From assembly GCA_947627375.1 (NCBI GenBank), contig CANQVR010000002.1, positions 1 to 44,724 of the forward strand: a stretch of 44,724 nucleotides of DNA, written 5' to 3'. Position numbers and translations under genes: made by a program. Source of the stretch: an uncultured Bacilli bacterium. GTDB lineage: Bacteria > Bacillota_I > Bacilli_A > RF39 > UBA660. The first letter of the stretch is position 1; each line of letters begins with the position of its first letter. Under the pieces are notes generated by a model. That model saw only the letters and a program-made list of their open reading frames with translations, did not search any database and was not told the origin of the DNA. Below are positions 26,320 to 35,847 of this stretch, piece by piece.

Positions 26320-26433
26320 TCATTAAATATTATTAAGAAGTAAAAAACAAATAGGCTTTTCTATTTGTTTTTTATATTATACTTTAATTTTTTTTACTTT
26401 TTTGGTATAATTAAGGGCAGTTGGGGTGATATT

Positions 26434-27000
26434 ATGTTAAAAACTAAAGATATTTTAGATGAAAAAGATAAAAGACTTAGAAACATTAGTAAAGAAGTTG
26501 TTTTTCCACTGACAAAAGAAGATAAAAAAATAATAAAAGATATGACTGAGTATTTAGTTAATAGTCAAATAGATGAATTAGCGGAAAAATATGACTTGCG
26601 CCCAGGTATGGGGATGAGCGCTATTCAATTAGGTATTAGTAAAAGATATTTTGTCATCGTCTATGAAGTAGATCCTGAGGCAACAGACAACTCTAAAAGA
26701 TTTGAAACTTATATAGTAATAAATCCCAAAATTATCAGTAACTCAACTGAAAAAATTTATGTTGATATGGGTGAAGGATGTCTTTCTGTTAATCGTGAAG
26801 TCGATGGTATCGTTCCAAGATATGCACGTATAACTGTGGAATATTTCGATGAACTTGGCAACAAAAAAACCACTCGTGCCCGTGAAGAACTAGCTATCGC
26901 TTTCCAACATGAAATAGATCACTTAAACGGAATCTTATTTATAGATCATATCGATAAAAATAATCCTTTCAAAGGTCAAAACGAATATCGAGCAATCTAA
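26434..27000 (+). CDS. def: Peptide deformylase
   Basis: Start moved to MLKTKDIL (ATG 26434). Motifs GMGMSAIQLG, EGCLS and QHEIDHLNG. Confidence 0.9.
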   Translation: MLKTKDILDEKDKRLRNISKEVVFPLTKEDKKIIKDMTEYLVNSQIDELAEKYDLRPGMGMSAIQLGISKRYFVIVYEVDPEATDNSKRFETYIVINPKIISNSTEKIYVDMGEGCLSVNREVDGIVPRYARITVEYFDELGNKKTTRAREELAIAFQHEIDHLNGILFIDHIDKNNPFKGQNEYRAI

Positions 27001-27021
27001 AAATAGTACTCAAAGTACTAT

Positions 27022-28038
27022 TTATTTTTTTATCTTTTTCATTTCATTTAGAACTTGTCTAATATTAATAGCTTTAATTAATTTAATATTATAATTATTT
27101 TCTTTTTTACATTTTAAAGCCTCTTTATAATTATTACTAGGTACGATAAAAACATCTGCTTTATCTTTAACGGCTCCCATTAATTTATATTTAACTCCCC
27201 CTATCTCACCGATACTACCATCTTCTTCAATCGTACCAGTTCCAACAATATTAAGACCTTTAGTAATATCTTTTTTCGTAAGTTTATTATAAATATCTAA
27301 AGTAAGCATCATGCCCCCACTCGGACCTGATTCACTACTTCTAAACTTCAAAGAAACCTCAGGACTAGTTTTATAATCATCTAAACGTGAAACCATTACT
27401 CCGACCATTAATTTACCATTTTCTAAATAAACTTCTACTTCGCGTTCAATTTCCTTTTTACCCCTTAAAAGTTTAATCTTTATCTTTTCTTTATCACTAC
27501 AAGAAGTAATAATTCTACTAAAGTCATCAAAAGAATTAACTTTTTCTCCTTTAACTTCTAATATTTCATCTCCTACATTAAGCATCTTTTTATTATGTTC
27601 TTCTACATAAATAATATAAAGATGACTTTTCTTTATTTGAAACTTCTTACCTGCCATATCATAAGCATGATATATTGCCCATTCATTAGCGACTTTTAAA
27701 TCAAGATCATCTCTAAACTCAAGATCACTTACTTTCTCTTCTTTACTATACTTATAATCATCCATACTTTCTTTTTCCCAAGAAGGCACGATAAAAGATA
27801 AGCCATAAGTTAAAATAGTTCCTTTAATTTGTGAGACATACGCAAGGCGCATACTTCCCTTACTCTTATAACTATTCTTAATTTGAACTCTATCTTTTAT
27901 ATCGACAGTTCCACCTCCAGTAATAATATAATAATTAACTGGACATAAAACTATAAAATATAAAATACCAAAAAATATAAGTGTCTTATATTCTTCTTTA
28001 ATAAATTTTTTAATCTTATCATAAATTTTATTAAACAT
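27022..28038 (-). CDS. YlbL/SepM-type PDZ plus Lon-like S16 serine protease
   Basis: N-terminal TM helix, a PDZ segment (VGDEILEVKGEKV) and a Lon-type catalytic region GPSGGMMLTLDIYNKL ... GGVKYKLMGA. Confidence 0.75.
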   Translation of the reverse strand: MFNKIYDKIKKFIKEEYKTLIFFGILYFIVLCPVNYYIITGGGTVDIKDRVQIKNSYKSKGSMRLAYVSQIKGTILTYGLSFIVPSWEKESMDDYKYSKEEKVSDLEFRDDLDLKVANEWAIYHAYDMAGKKFQIKKSHLYIIYVEEHNKKMLNVGDEILEVKGEKVNSFDDFSRIITSCSDKEKIKIKLLRGKKEIEREVEVYLENGKLMVGVMVSRLDDYKTSPEVSLKFRSSESGPSGGMMLTLDIYNKLTKKDITKGLNIVGTGTIEEDGSIGEIGGVKYKLMGAVKDKADVFIVPSNNYKEALKCKKENNYNIKLIKAINIRQVLNEMKKIKK

Positions 28039-28082
28039 CTAATCAACCTTTCAATCTAATTATAACAAAAAGTAGGTGAAAT

Positions 28083-29000
28083 ATGTTAAAAAAATATAAA
28101 GATTTTTTTATAATTACAAATATCCTCATTATAATAGTATCTCTTTTTTTATTTCCAACTCTTATAAAAAGACAAATTCTCTTATCTTTAAACGTCTTTA
28201 TAACAATTCTTTTTCCTACTTTCTTTCCTATGTTTTTATTTACAAATCTTTTAATTGAATATAATACTGTCATTATTATTAGTAAATATTTAAAACCTTT
28301 TATTGAAAAAATATTCCATGTAAGAGGAGAATGTGGTTATATTATTTTAATAAGTCTAATATCAGGTTTTCCCTCTGGTTCTAAAAACATTATCAGTCTT
28401 TTAGAAAAAAATCTCATCACTGTAACTGAAGCTAATTATTTGATAACTTTTACCCATTTTTCTAATCCCCTATTCATCCTTAATGTCGTAAACTTATCAC
28501 TTCATAATAAATTAATTTGTCTTAAAATACTCCTTGCGCACTTCTTATCAAACTTCATCATCGCCTATCTTTTAAGACCTAAGAAAAATACTTTAACAAA
28601 AGAAATATCTTTTAAAAAACAAAAAACAAACTTTTCTCTTAGTTTAAATAAATCCTTAAAAAATACCTACAACACTTTATCTTTAATCATGGGAACTACT
28701 ATCTTTTGTTTTTTAGTATCCGCTCTTATTATAAAAATATTTCACTTAAATAATTTTACAACTATTATTGTAAATGGATTATTAGACTTAACTTTAGGAA
28801 CAACTTCTTTAAAAAATATAAGTATACCTTTAATTACAAAGAGTATACTTATCTTAACATTTATCTCTTTTGGTTCAATATCAGTTCATCTACAAGTAGC
28901 AAGTATCCTAGAAAAGAAAGTAAAATACACTAACTTCCTTTATGGAAGACTTCTAGGTATTATAATATCTATAATTTTATTTATCATTATGCTGTTGTAA
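28083..29000 (+). CDS. YlbJ-like nucleoside-recognition-domain integral membrane protein
   Basis: 305 aa, polytopic. It neighbours the ylbL-like gene as in Bacillus. The call rests on context and general resemblance only. Confidence 0.4.
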   Translation: MLKKYKDFFIITNILIIIVSLFLFPTLIKRQILLSLNVFITILFPTFFPMFLFTNLLIEYNTVIIISKYLKPFIEKIFHVRGECGYIILISLISGFPSGSKNIISLLEKNLITVTEANYLITFTHFSNPLFILNVVNLSLHNKLICLKILLAHFLSNFIIAYLLRPKKNTLTKEISFKKQKTNFSLSLNKSLKNTYNTLSLIMGTTIFCFLVSALIIKIFHLNNFTTIIVNGLLDLTLGTTSLKNISIPLITKSILILTFISFGSISVHLQVASILEKKVKYTNFLYGRLLGIIISIILFIIMLL

Positions 29001-29625
29001 ATCCTAATGGTGCTTTAATATGAATACCATATCTATTCTCTAATTTTACTTTATTATGATAAAAGTTAACATCTATAATAAAGAAATTTTTCTCTTCTTT
29101 AAGACTAATATCACTTATTCTTAAAGATTTAATATTACTACATTTATATTTACCCACTCTTTCACTAGAAGACTCTCCAAAATCAGGTAAACTATGTGTT
29201 ACTTCTTTACCATCTTCAGTATAAGTAATTCTATTATTAAGACGATCTATAGTTAAAGTTTTAACCTCATCTGATAAAGCAAAATGAAGTCTATAAGAAA
29301 TCCTATTTAAAGTATTATTCTGACTTACGGCTTCACTATAAAATTTATCATTAGGATCATATTCTTTACACAAAGAACCATACTCTTTACCCATAGGTTC
29401 AACTTCTTCTAAAATATAATTAGTAATATCATCTTGTATAACTTTCGTCACACTATTTTTATAAGAAATTATCTCTTGTTTATAACCTTCTAAATCTTCT
29501 CTATCTTTATAACTCATAACAATATTTAAAAGTGAAATAGAAATAATAGATACCAGTGTAAAACAGATGACAACTTCTACTGCACTCATTCCTTTATTAT
29601 CTAACTTTCGTAACTTGATTAACAT
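28987..29625 (-). CDS. Prepilin-type (type IV pilin/pseudopilin-like) protein
   Basis: Class III signal MLIKLRKLDNKG|MSAVEVVI, with G at -1 and E at +5, followed by a hydrophobic helix. Confidence 0.65.
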   Translation of the reverse strand: MLIKLRKLDNKGMSAVEVVICFTLVSIISISLLNIVMSYKDREDLEGYKQEIISYKNSVTKVIQDDITNYILEEVEPMGKEYGSLCKEYDPNDKFYSEAVSQNNTLNRISYRLHFALSDEVKTLTIDRLNNRITYTEDGKEVTHSLPDFGESSSERVGKYKCSNIKSLRISDISLKEEKNFFIIDVNFYHNKVKLENRYGIHIKAPLGFTTA

Positions 29626-30169
29626 CTCTATTCACCTCGACAGTCGCATAACTTGTATAATGATCATCAATACTTTCTTCTAAATCTTTATTGTGTTCTA
29701 CTTCAACTATTACCCTATAATAAGAAGTATTTCCTGTTTTAAAGTCCGGTAGAGATGAAACATATCCTTGAAAACCAGGATGATCACCAAAACTTGACTT
29801 TACAGTACTTTTAAAACTAGTAAGCGTATAAGGTGTTATATAAAATTTAGTAACATTAAAGACATCAAAGAAATTATTACAAACATTACTATCTACAAAG
29901 TAAGTACCACAATCACTTTTTTTAATAGAAATATATCCATTACCCATAGTAGTCATTTTATTATTAAGTGTTCCGTTACCCTTTTCGATTATTAACATCC
30001 TCATCCAATGAGCAATATATTTCGTATCTAAATCATCATAAAATTCCACTTTCTCATATTCTCCAAGCACTGGCACAATATTAGTATAAATAACTGAAAA
30101 TATAGCTGCAATTGCTACTGATACAATTAGAGTTTCGACGAGTACAAACCCCTTATTATTTTTCTTCAT
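29597..30169 (-). CDS. Prepilin-type (type IV pilin/pseudopilin-like) protein
   Basis: Class III signal MKKNNKG|FVLVETLIV, with G at -1 and E at +5. Confidence 0.7.
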   Translation of the reverse strand: MKKNNKGFVLVETLIVSVAIAAIFSVIYTNIVPVLGEYEKVEFYDDLDTKYIAHWMRMLIIEKGNGTLNNKMTTMGNGYISIKKSDCGTYFVDSNVCNNFFDVFNVTKFYITPYTLTSFKSTVKSSFGDHPGFQGYVSSLPDFKTGNTSYYRVIVEVEHNKDLEESIDDHYTSYATVEVNRDVNQVTKVR

Positions 30170-30264
30170 TTTCTAAAACACCTTCTTGATATTCTTATAG
30201 ATATATTATATAATATATTATAGGAAAATACTAGATTAAAAAGATAAAAAGGGGTTGAAATAGT

Positions 30265-32025
30265 ATGGTCACATTTGATTTTGTCAAAACACCTATAACT
30301 CAGATAGCTGACTTTATCATTGTCCAATCGGCAAAAAACAGTGCCAGTGATATTCATTTTGACCCTAGGGAAAATGGTTTAATCGTCAGGATGAGAATCG
30401 ATGGTGAACTTAAAGATTACACTTTTATCCCAAAAGTTTATGAAAGAAATTTAATAACGAGACTAAAATTACTTGCTAGTATGAACATAACTGAAAGTAG
30501 ACTTCCTCAAGATGGTGCCATCAAAGGAAATATTGGTGGGATGAATTTAGACATGCGTGTTTCCTGCTTACCTACTAACGAAGGTGAAAAAGTAGTTATT
30601 CGTATCCTAGATTATTCGAGAAGTTTATCAGGAATGAAAGCTTTAGGATTTCATGAGCAAAACTTTGAAAAATTAAATCGTATGATTCATGTTCCTAATG
30701 GAATAATACTAGTAACTGGTGCTACTGGTAGTGGTAAAAGTACTACTGTTTACTCTGTTTTACAAGAATTAAACAAAGAAGAAACTAATATCATAACAGT
30801 TGAAGACCCAATCGAAATGAACATCGAAGGTATGAATCAAGTTCAAGTAAATAGTGAAATCGGTCTAGATTTTGCTACTGTTTTAAGATCTATTTTACGT
30901 CAAGACCCAAATATTATTCTAATTGGAGAAATTCGTGATTCTGAAACAGCTCAAATTGCCGTTCGTGCATCAATTACTGGACATTTAGTATTATCGACAA
31001 TCCATACTAATAATTCACTCGCAACTATCGAAAGACTTTTAGATATGAATGTTGAAAGATATCTACTTTCAAGTGCTTTAACAGGAATAATTTCTCAACG
31101 TCTTGCCAAAAAACTTTGTCCACATTGTCGAAAAGAAAAAGAAACTACTCCATATGAAAAGAAAGTTTTTAAAATTGCCTTAAATCAAGATATTAAAAAA
31201 ACATATATTGCCAACCCCGATGGTTGTAAAGAGTGTACCCATGGTTATAAAGGTCGTATCGCAATTCATGAAGTTTTAGAAATAGATGACAACATCCGTG
31301 ATGCTTTAACAAATCCTAATATTGAAAAAGATGATTTACGTGAGATAGTTTACACTCCTAAAGTTATTGCCATGTTACAAGATGCTTTAATCAAGGTTTT
31401 AAATGGTTTAACGACATTTGATGAAGTTTATAGAATCATAGATATAGATGATGATCTAGAATCAGTATTCAAAAAACAATCAGAAGAATACGAAGAAACA
31501 ACTCAAAACGAAACACACACTGAAGTAGAAACCAAAACCGAGGAACATAATGAAGATGAAGATAAAGAAACAGAAAATAAAGATGAGGAAAATCTTATTA
31601 TCCCTGGTATAAAAGAACAAAATGATGAAACTGCTACTAAAGATGAAAAAGATAATAAGAAAAAAGAACAAGATGATTCAATTGACATAGAAACTGAAGA
31701 AATAAAAGTAGTACCCCCTGATGAACAAGAAAAGAAAGATACTTTATTTGATGATTATTCAACTAAATATAATAATATAGATGATTTAGAATTAACTGAT
31801 GAAACTCCACAACTTGAAGCTTATTATAATGAATTAGGTGTTAAACCTAGAATATATCCAAGTATTAAAATAGCAGAAGATAATGATTTTGCTAAAATAT
31901 CTAGTATAGATCATGAAAATAAAAAACCTGTTAAATTAAAATTAGATGAAGAAAATAAAATTAATATGTCTGTACCTGATGAAGTACCGATTGCTAAAGA
32001 TATAACATCTGAAATTTTAAAATAA
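30265..32025 (+). CDS. GspE/PilB/ComGA-family secretion ATPase with an acidic C-terminal extension of about 190 aa
   Basis: Walker A GATGSGKST, Asp box, Walker B ILIGEIRD, His box STIHTN and tetracysteine CPHC...CKEC. The core ends near FDEVYRII, and a Glu/Asp/Lys-rich tail follows. Confidence 0.85.
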   Translation: MVTFDFVKTPITQIADFIIVQSAKNSASDIHFDPRENGLIVRMRIDGELKDYTFIPKVYERNLITRLKLLASMNITESRLPQDGAIKGNIGGMNLDMRVSCLPTNEGEKVVIRILDYSRSLSGMKALGFHEQNFEKLNRMIHVPNGIILVTGATGSGKSTTVYSVLQELNKEETNIITVEDPIEMNIEGMNQVQVNSEIGLDFATVLRSILRQDPNIILIGEIRDSETAQIAVRASITGHLVLSTIHTNNSLATIERLLDMNVERYLLSSALTGIISQRLAKKLCPHCRKEKETTPYEKKVFKIALNQDIKKTYIANPDGCKECTHGYKGRIAIHEVLEIDDNIRDALTNPNIEKDDLREIVYTPKVIAMLQDALIKVLNGLTTFDEVYRIIDIDDDLESVFKKQSEEYEETTQNETHTEVETKTEEHNEDEDKETENKDEENLIIPGIKEQNDETATKDEKDNKKKEQDDSIDIETEEIKVVPPDEQEKKDTLFDDYSTKYNNIDDLELTDETPQLEAYYNELGVKPRIYPSIKIAEDNDFAKISSIDHENKKPVKLKLDEENKINMSVPDEVPIAKDITSEILK

Positions 32026-32034
32026 ATACTATAA

Positions 32035-32061
32035 ATACTGAGAAAACTCAGTATTTTTTTT
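32035..32061 (+). terminator. Rho-independent terminator after the ATPase gene
   Basis: ATACTGAG-AAAA-CTCAGTAT followed by T8. Confidence 0.7.
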
Positions 32062-32071
32062 GGAAAAATAA

Positions 32072-32100
32072 CCAAAACAAAAGAGTCACTTTCGTGACTC
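32072..32100 (-). terminator. Rho-independent terminator after 32134..32862
   Basis: Minus strand GAGTCAC-GAAA-GTGACTC followed by TTTTGTTTT. Confidence 0.6.
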
Positions 32101-32133
32101 GACAATCAAAACTTATTTTTACTATTTAGATTA

Positions 32134-32862
32134 TTATGCTCCAGCAACAGCTGCTTTTCCATAAACATCTACTCTTACTTTATATTGTCCTTTTTTACCT
32201 TGTGCAAGTTTAGACATATCAAATGACTCAGCAACCCACATACGTAATCTATAATTAACAGTTTGTTCTGCACTTCCATCACTTGTAAATGTTCCAGAAT
32301 CTAGTAACATATTAGTTGCTGGAGTTCCTACATCTGATGCTTCTCCTGCTTGACTAAATGCTATTCCTGTTTTAGTATCATCAGAACCAAATTTTGTATT
32401 AGCTTGTGTATAATTTGTTCCACCTGCTGCATCTTTTTCTAGATATAATTTTACTGCAGTATCAGGTAATTGTTCAGTTGTGTCATTTCCAGTAACATCT
32501 ATTTTTCTTGCAGATACTTCGTAGTTAATTGATGTAGTACCTTTAATTGTTGCTTTAACTGTAAAATCGAATACTCCATGACCAGTTGTAGTAGTTCCAG
32601 CAGTTCCTGCAGAATCAGGTGTAATAGCTGCACCAACAGCATCGCTTACAGGCATAGCATCAGTAATCTCAATTCCATTTTCTCCTTCAGTATATTCCAT
32701 ATTGATTGTTCCTGTTGTAATTTGGTTTACTTTTTCACCAGTTTTAGTATAAACAAATGCTGCAAATGTTACTCCTATTACTGCTACTACAAGTATAGCA
32801 ACAGCTAATACTGATAATAATATTTGTTTTGATTGATTGTTATCTTTTTGATTATCTTTCAT
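32134..32862 (-). CDS. TasA/camelysin-like secreted protein (SipW-type signal), Ala/Gly/Thr-rich
   Basis: ILLSVLAVAILVVAVIGVTFAAFVYTKTGEKVNQITTGTINMEYTE resembles the SipW-type G-T-x-A-x-F ... N-x-x-T-x-G-x-[IL] pattern. C-terminal YRLRMWV...YKVRVDVYG block. Confidence 0.5.
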   Translation of the reverse strand: MKDNQKDNNQSKQILLSVLAVAILVVAVIGVTFAAFVYTKTGEKVNQITTGTINMEYTEGENGIEITDAMPVSDAVGAAITPDSAGTAGTTTTGHGVFDFTVKATIKGTTSINYEVSARKIDVTGNDTTEQLPDTAVKLYLEKDAAGGTNYTQANTKFGSDDTKTGIAFSQAGEASDVGTPATNMLLDSGTFTSDGSAEQTVNYRLRMWVAESFDMSKLAQGKKGQYKVRVDVYGKAAVAGA

Positions 32863-32913
32863 TTTTTCCTCCTACTTTCTTTTAATAATCATATTTTTTA
32901 TTTTTATTCTAAT

Positions 32914-33585
32914 CTATAAAGTGGCTTCGACATTCACTTTCATAGAAAATGTCTCATTCCCTCTTTCCAAAACCGGATAATTATCTGCCACCCATAGTCT
33001 TAGTCTATATTTTCTAGTTCCACTTCCTCTAAATGTATCATTATATAATCTTTTATTAGTTGGCTTACCAGTAGCTCTTTCTAAATTACTATATACAGGT
33101 ACATCTTTAGTATATCCTTCAACTGGCATATCATTCGTTGCATCAGTTAAATATACTTTAACATACTGTGGATCTAACTTCTCACTACTTGGTGATACAT
33201 CAGTTGCAGAGATTTCATAATTAACATGAGACGAATCTCCTAATGTAGCAGTTACAGTAAAATCGAAAAATCCTTGTGTAACATTAGCATTAGATGAATT
33301 CTCAATTGCTTTACCTTCAGAATCACTCATCGGCATAGCATCAGTTATCGAAATACCATTAGTAACTTCGTTATATTCAAACTTAATACTTCCACTACGA
33401 ATAGTATTTTCTTTAACGCCATCTTTACTGTAGATAACTACCGCATAAGTGACACTTATCACCATCATTACTAAGACTAGAACAGCTAAAATAGATAAAA
33501 CTACCTTTTTCCGATTTTCAGCCTCTTTTTCTTGGAGTTCACGTTCTCGAGCTTCTCTATCTTTAGCTTTATCGTTCTTGCTCAT
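32914..33585 (-). CDS. TasA/camelysin-like secreted protein (paralog)
   Basis: VISVTYAVVIYSKDGVKENTIRSGSIKFEYNE..., GFFDFTV and YRLRLWV...FSMKVNVEA blocks are shared with 32134..32862 and 1..1301. Confidence 0.5.
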   Translation of the reverse strand: MSKNDKAKDREARERELQEKEAENRKKVVLSILAVLVLVMMVISVTYAVVIYSKDGVKENTIRSGSIKFEYNEVTNGISITDAMPMSDSEGKAIENSSNANVTQGFFDFTVTATLGDSSHVNYEISATDVSPSSEKLDPQYVKVYLTDATNDMPVEGYTKDVPVYSNLERATGKPTNKRLYNDTFRGSGTRKYRLRLWVADNYPVLERGNETFSMKVNVEATL

Positions 33586-33717
33586 TACTTTATCCCTCCT
33601 ATAATAAAACTATATCATTAAAAAATGTTTTAGACAAGACATTTTTTTGTAAATTTGTCATTTTAATGTTAAGTATAATATTAATGCTTTCCAAAAAAAG
33701 GCAAAATTCTCTTTTTA

Positions 33718-35088
33718 CTATGAATTATAAGTATTTATTAAGTTTACAAATTCATTTTGTAAATCATTTAATCTTTCCTTAGTAGAAGCTTCAAATCTAG
33801 CTGTAATATTAGGTCCGGTATTAGATGCCCTAATTAGAGCCCAACCATCATCGAATAATATTTTCACTCCATCTATTGTTAAAACTTCATAATTTTGATT
33901 TTGAGCATACATTAGTATTTTTTCAACTACTACGAATTTTTTCTCATCATCAGATGGGAATTTTATTTCTTCAGTTGAATAATATACTGGTATATTTTGC
34001 ATTAAATCAGTTAAAGTTTGATCAGTCTTTGATAAAATCTCTACTAAACGAAGACCCGCATATATTCCACTGTCAAATCCTAAGAAACGATCTCTAAAGT
34101 AAACATGTCCTGAAAGTTCTCCACCAAATGGTAAATCATCTTCTCTTACTTTAGCTTTCGTATAAGAGTTTCCTGTCCTATAACAAATACCCTTTCCACC
34201 AAGTCTTTCGATTTCATCTTGAAGTGCCTTTGTACATTTAACATCATATAAGAAAGTCTTATTACGAACGTCATTAATAATATTACGTATTATCACAATC
34301 ATATAATAATCAGTCGGTACGAAAACACCCTTTTCACTAATAACTCCTACTCTATCTCCATCTCCATCAAAAGCAAGTCCTAAATCAGCATGATTTTCTA
34401 AAACTTTTTGTTTTAATACTGTAAGATTTTCTTCAATTGAAGGATCAGGATGATGATTTGGAAAACTTCCATCACTTTCGCAAAAAATATCGATTACTTC
34501 TATATTAAATAAAGAAAATATTTCTTTCGCAATAATACTAGGAGTTCCATTACCACAATCGATCACTACTTTTACACGACGATCACCAAAATCAAGTGAT
34601 TTTTTAAATAGTTCTAGATAATCAGGTTTTATATTATAATTTGTAACAGTTCCTTCTCCGCTTTTAAAGTTCCCTTTCTTTATATAATTATAAAAATCTT
34701 GAATCTCTTGCCCTTTAGCATTACCTGATTCATCAAAAGCAATTTTAAAACCATTTTCATCTTTAGGATTATGACTAGCTGTAATCATAACACCTGATGG
34801 TATATTAAGTTTTATAGCGGCATAATAATACATCGGTGTCGTTACAAGGTCTAAAGAGATAACTTCGACTCCAGTTTCAGTTATTCCTTTAATTAAAGAA
34901 TTGTAAAGAGCGGGACTAGAAAGTCTATTATCATGTCCGACAATACATTTACTTTTACCTATATCTTGAATATAACTACCGAAACCAAGTCCTATATAAT
35001 ATGCAACATCTTCAGTTATATTTTTCCCATAAACACCTCGAATATCATAACCACGAAAAATATGTCTATCAATATTTTCTATCTGCAT
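33718..35088 (-). CDS. Phosphoglucomutase/phosphomannomutase family (alpha-D-phosphohexomutase)
   Basis: Active-site loop TASHNPKDENGFK, metal loop FDGDGDR and sugar loop GGELSGH. 456 aa. Confidence 0.8.
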   Translation of the reverse strand: MQIENIDRHIFRGYDIRGVYGKNITEDVAYYIGLGFGSYIQDIGKSKCIVGHDNRLSSPALYNSLIKGITETGVEVISLDLVTTPMYYYAAIKLNIPSGVMITASHNPKDENGFKIAFDESGNAKGQEIQDFYNYIKKGNFKSGEGTVTNYNIKPDYLELFKKSLDFGDRRVKVVIDCGNGTPSIIAKEIFSLFNIEVIDIFCESDGSFPNHHPDPSIEENLTVLKQKVLENHADLGLAFDGDGDRVGVISEKGVFVPTDYYMIVIIRNIINDVRNKTFLYDVKCTKALQDEIERLGGKGICYRTGNSYTKAKVREDDLPFGGELSGHVYFRDRFLGFDSGIYAGLRLVEILSKTDQTLTDLMQNIPVYYSTEEIKFPSDDEKKFVVVEKILMYAQNQNYEVLTIDGVKILFDDGWALIRASNTGPNITARFEASTKERLNDLQNEFVNLINTYNS

Positions 35089-35169
35089 CTTATCCCTCCT
35101 ATTTTATTTAATTATAGCATTAATCATTATTTTGTGCAAAGAAAAAAGCATACCGAAGTATGCCCTAAA

Positions 35170-35847
35170 TTAATTCCTTAAAATAGCTTCATTAACATCA
35201 ACTATATAATTATCCATAGGAGTATTCATTCCTAACATATCATTCATATTAGTCATGTTATTCATATTATTATCTACTTGATCTTGTTTTTTATTAAACT
35301 TTTTTTGATAATAATTAAATAATTCTTTAAAACGATTATAATGTACTATCTCACGTTGTCTTAACCATAGAAGTGGTCTAAGTACATCAGGATCATCAGT
35401 TAAATCAATAATATTTTCATAGACAGCACGAGCTTTTTGTTCTGCAGCCATATCCTCAGATAAATCCGCAAGAGGATCTCCAGTTGTCGAAATATAAGTT
35501 ATTGTAAACGGTACTCCATTAGAATCAGTTGGATAAAGAGCTTTTTTATGTTCTGCATAGTGAGCATCTAAGCCAGCTGCTTTAATCTCATCAATTGTGG
35601 CATCTTTCATAAGTTGATAAACCATTGCCGCAATGATCTCTAAATGTGAAAGTTCTTCAGTTGCAATATCAGTAAGTAATGCTTTACCTTTATTATCAGG
35701 CATTGTATATCTTTGATTAAAATAACGAAGTGCTGCCGCAAGTTCACTTTGACTACCACCATATTGATCGATTAAAAGTTTTGCCAAACGAACATTTTTA
35801 GTTTTAATATCAACTGGAAATTGTAATCTTTTTTGATATCTAAACAT
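35170..35847 (-). CDS. cotJC: Spore coat protein CotJC (manganese-catalase family)
   Basis: MFRYQKRLQFPVDIKTKNVRLAKLLIDQYGGSQSELAAALRYFNQRY and EELSHLEII ferritin-like motifs. Confidence 0.85.
   Translation of the reverse strand: MFRYQKRLQFPVDIKTKNVRLAKLLIDQYGGSQSELAAALRYFNQRYTMPDNKGKALLTDIATEELSHLEIIAAMVYQLMKDATIDEIKAAGLDAHYAEHKKALYPTDSNGVPFTITYISTTGDPLADLSEDMAAEQKARAVYENIIDLTDDPDVLRPLLWLRQREIVHYNRFKELFNYYQKKFNKKQDQVDNNMNNMTNMNDMLGMNTPMDNYIVDVNEAILRN

Noticed and set aside
26365-26433. 5' extensions of track ORFs (def 26365, proS 37460, cotJAB 36349, AAA+ 42138, M23 19160, 2957, 9260)
   Set aside because: In each case an internal Met with a good Shine-Dalgarno sequence matches the conserved N-terminus of the family. 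The extension is hydrophobic or low-complexity read-through of leader, terminator or T-box sequence.
31480-32105. Minus-strand ORFs 31480..31671, 31503..31688 and 31911..32105
   Set aside because: They are antisense to the acidic tail of the ATPase gene. Their Phe/Ser-rich translations are the complement of GAA/GAT/AAA repeats.
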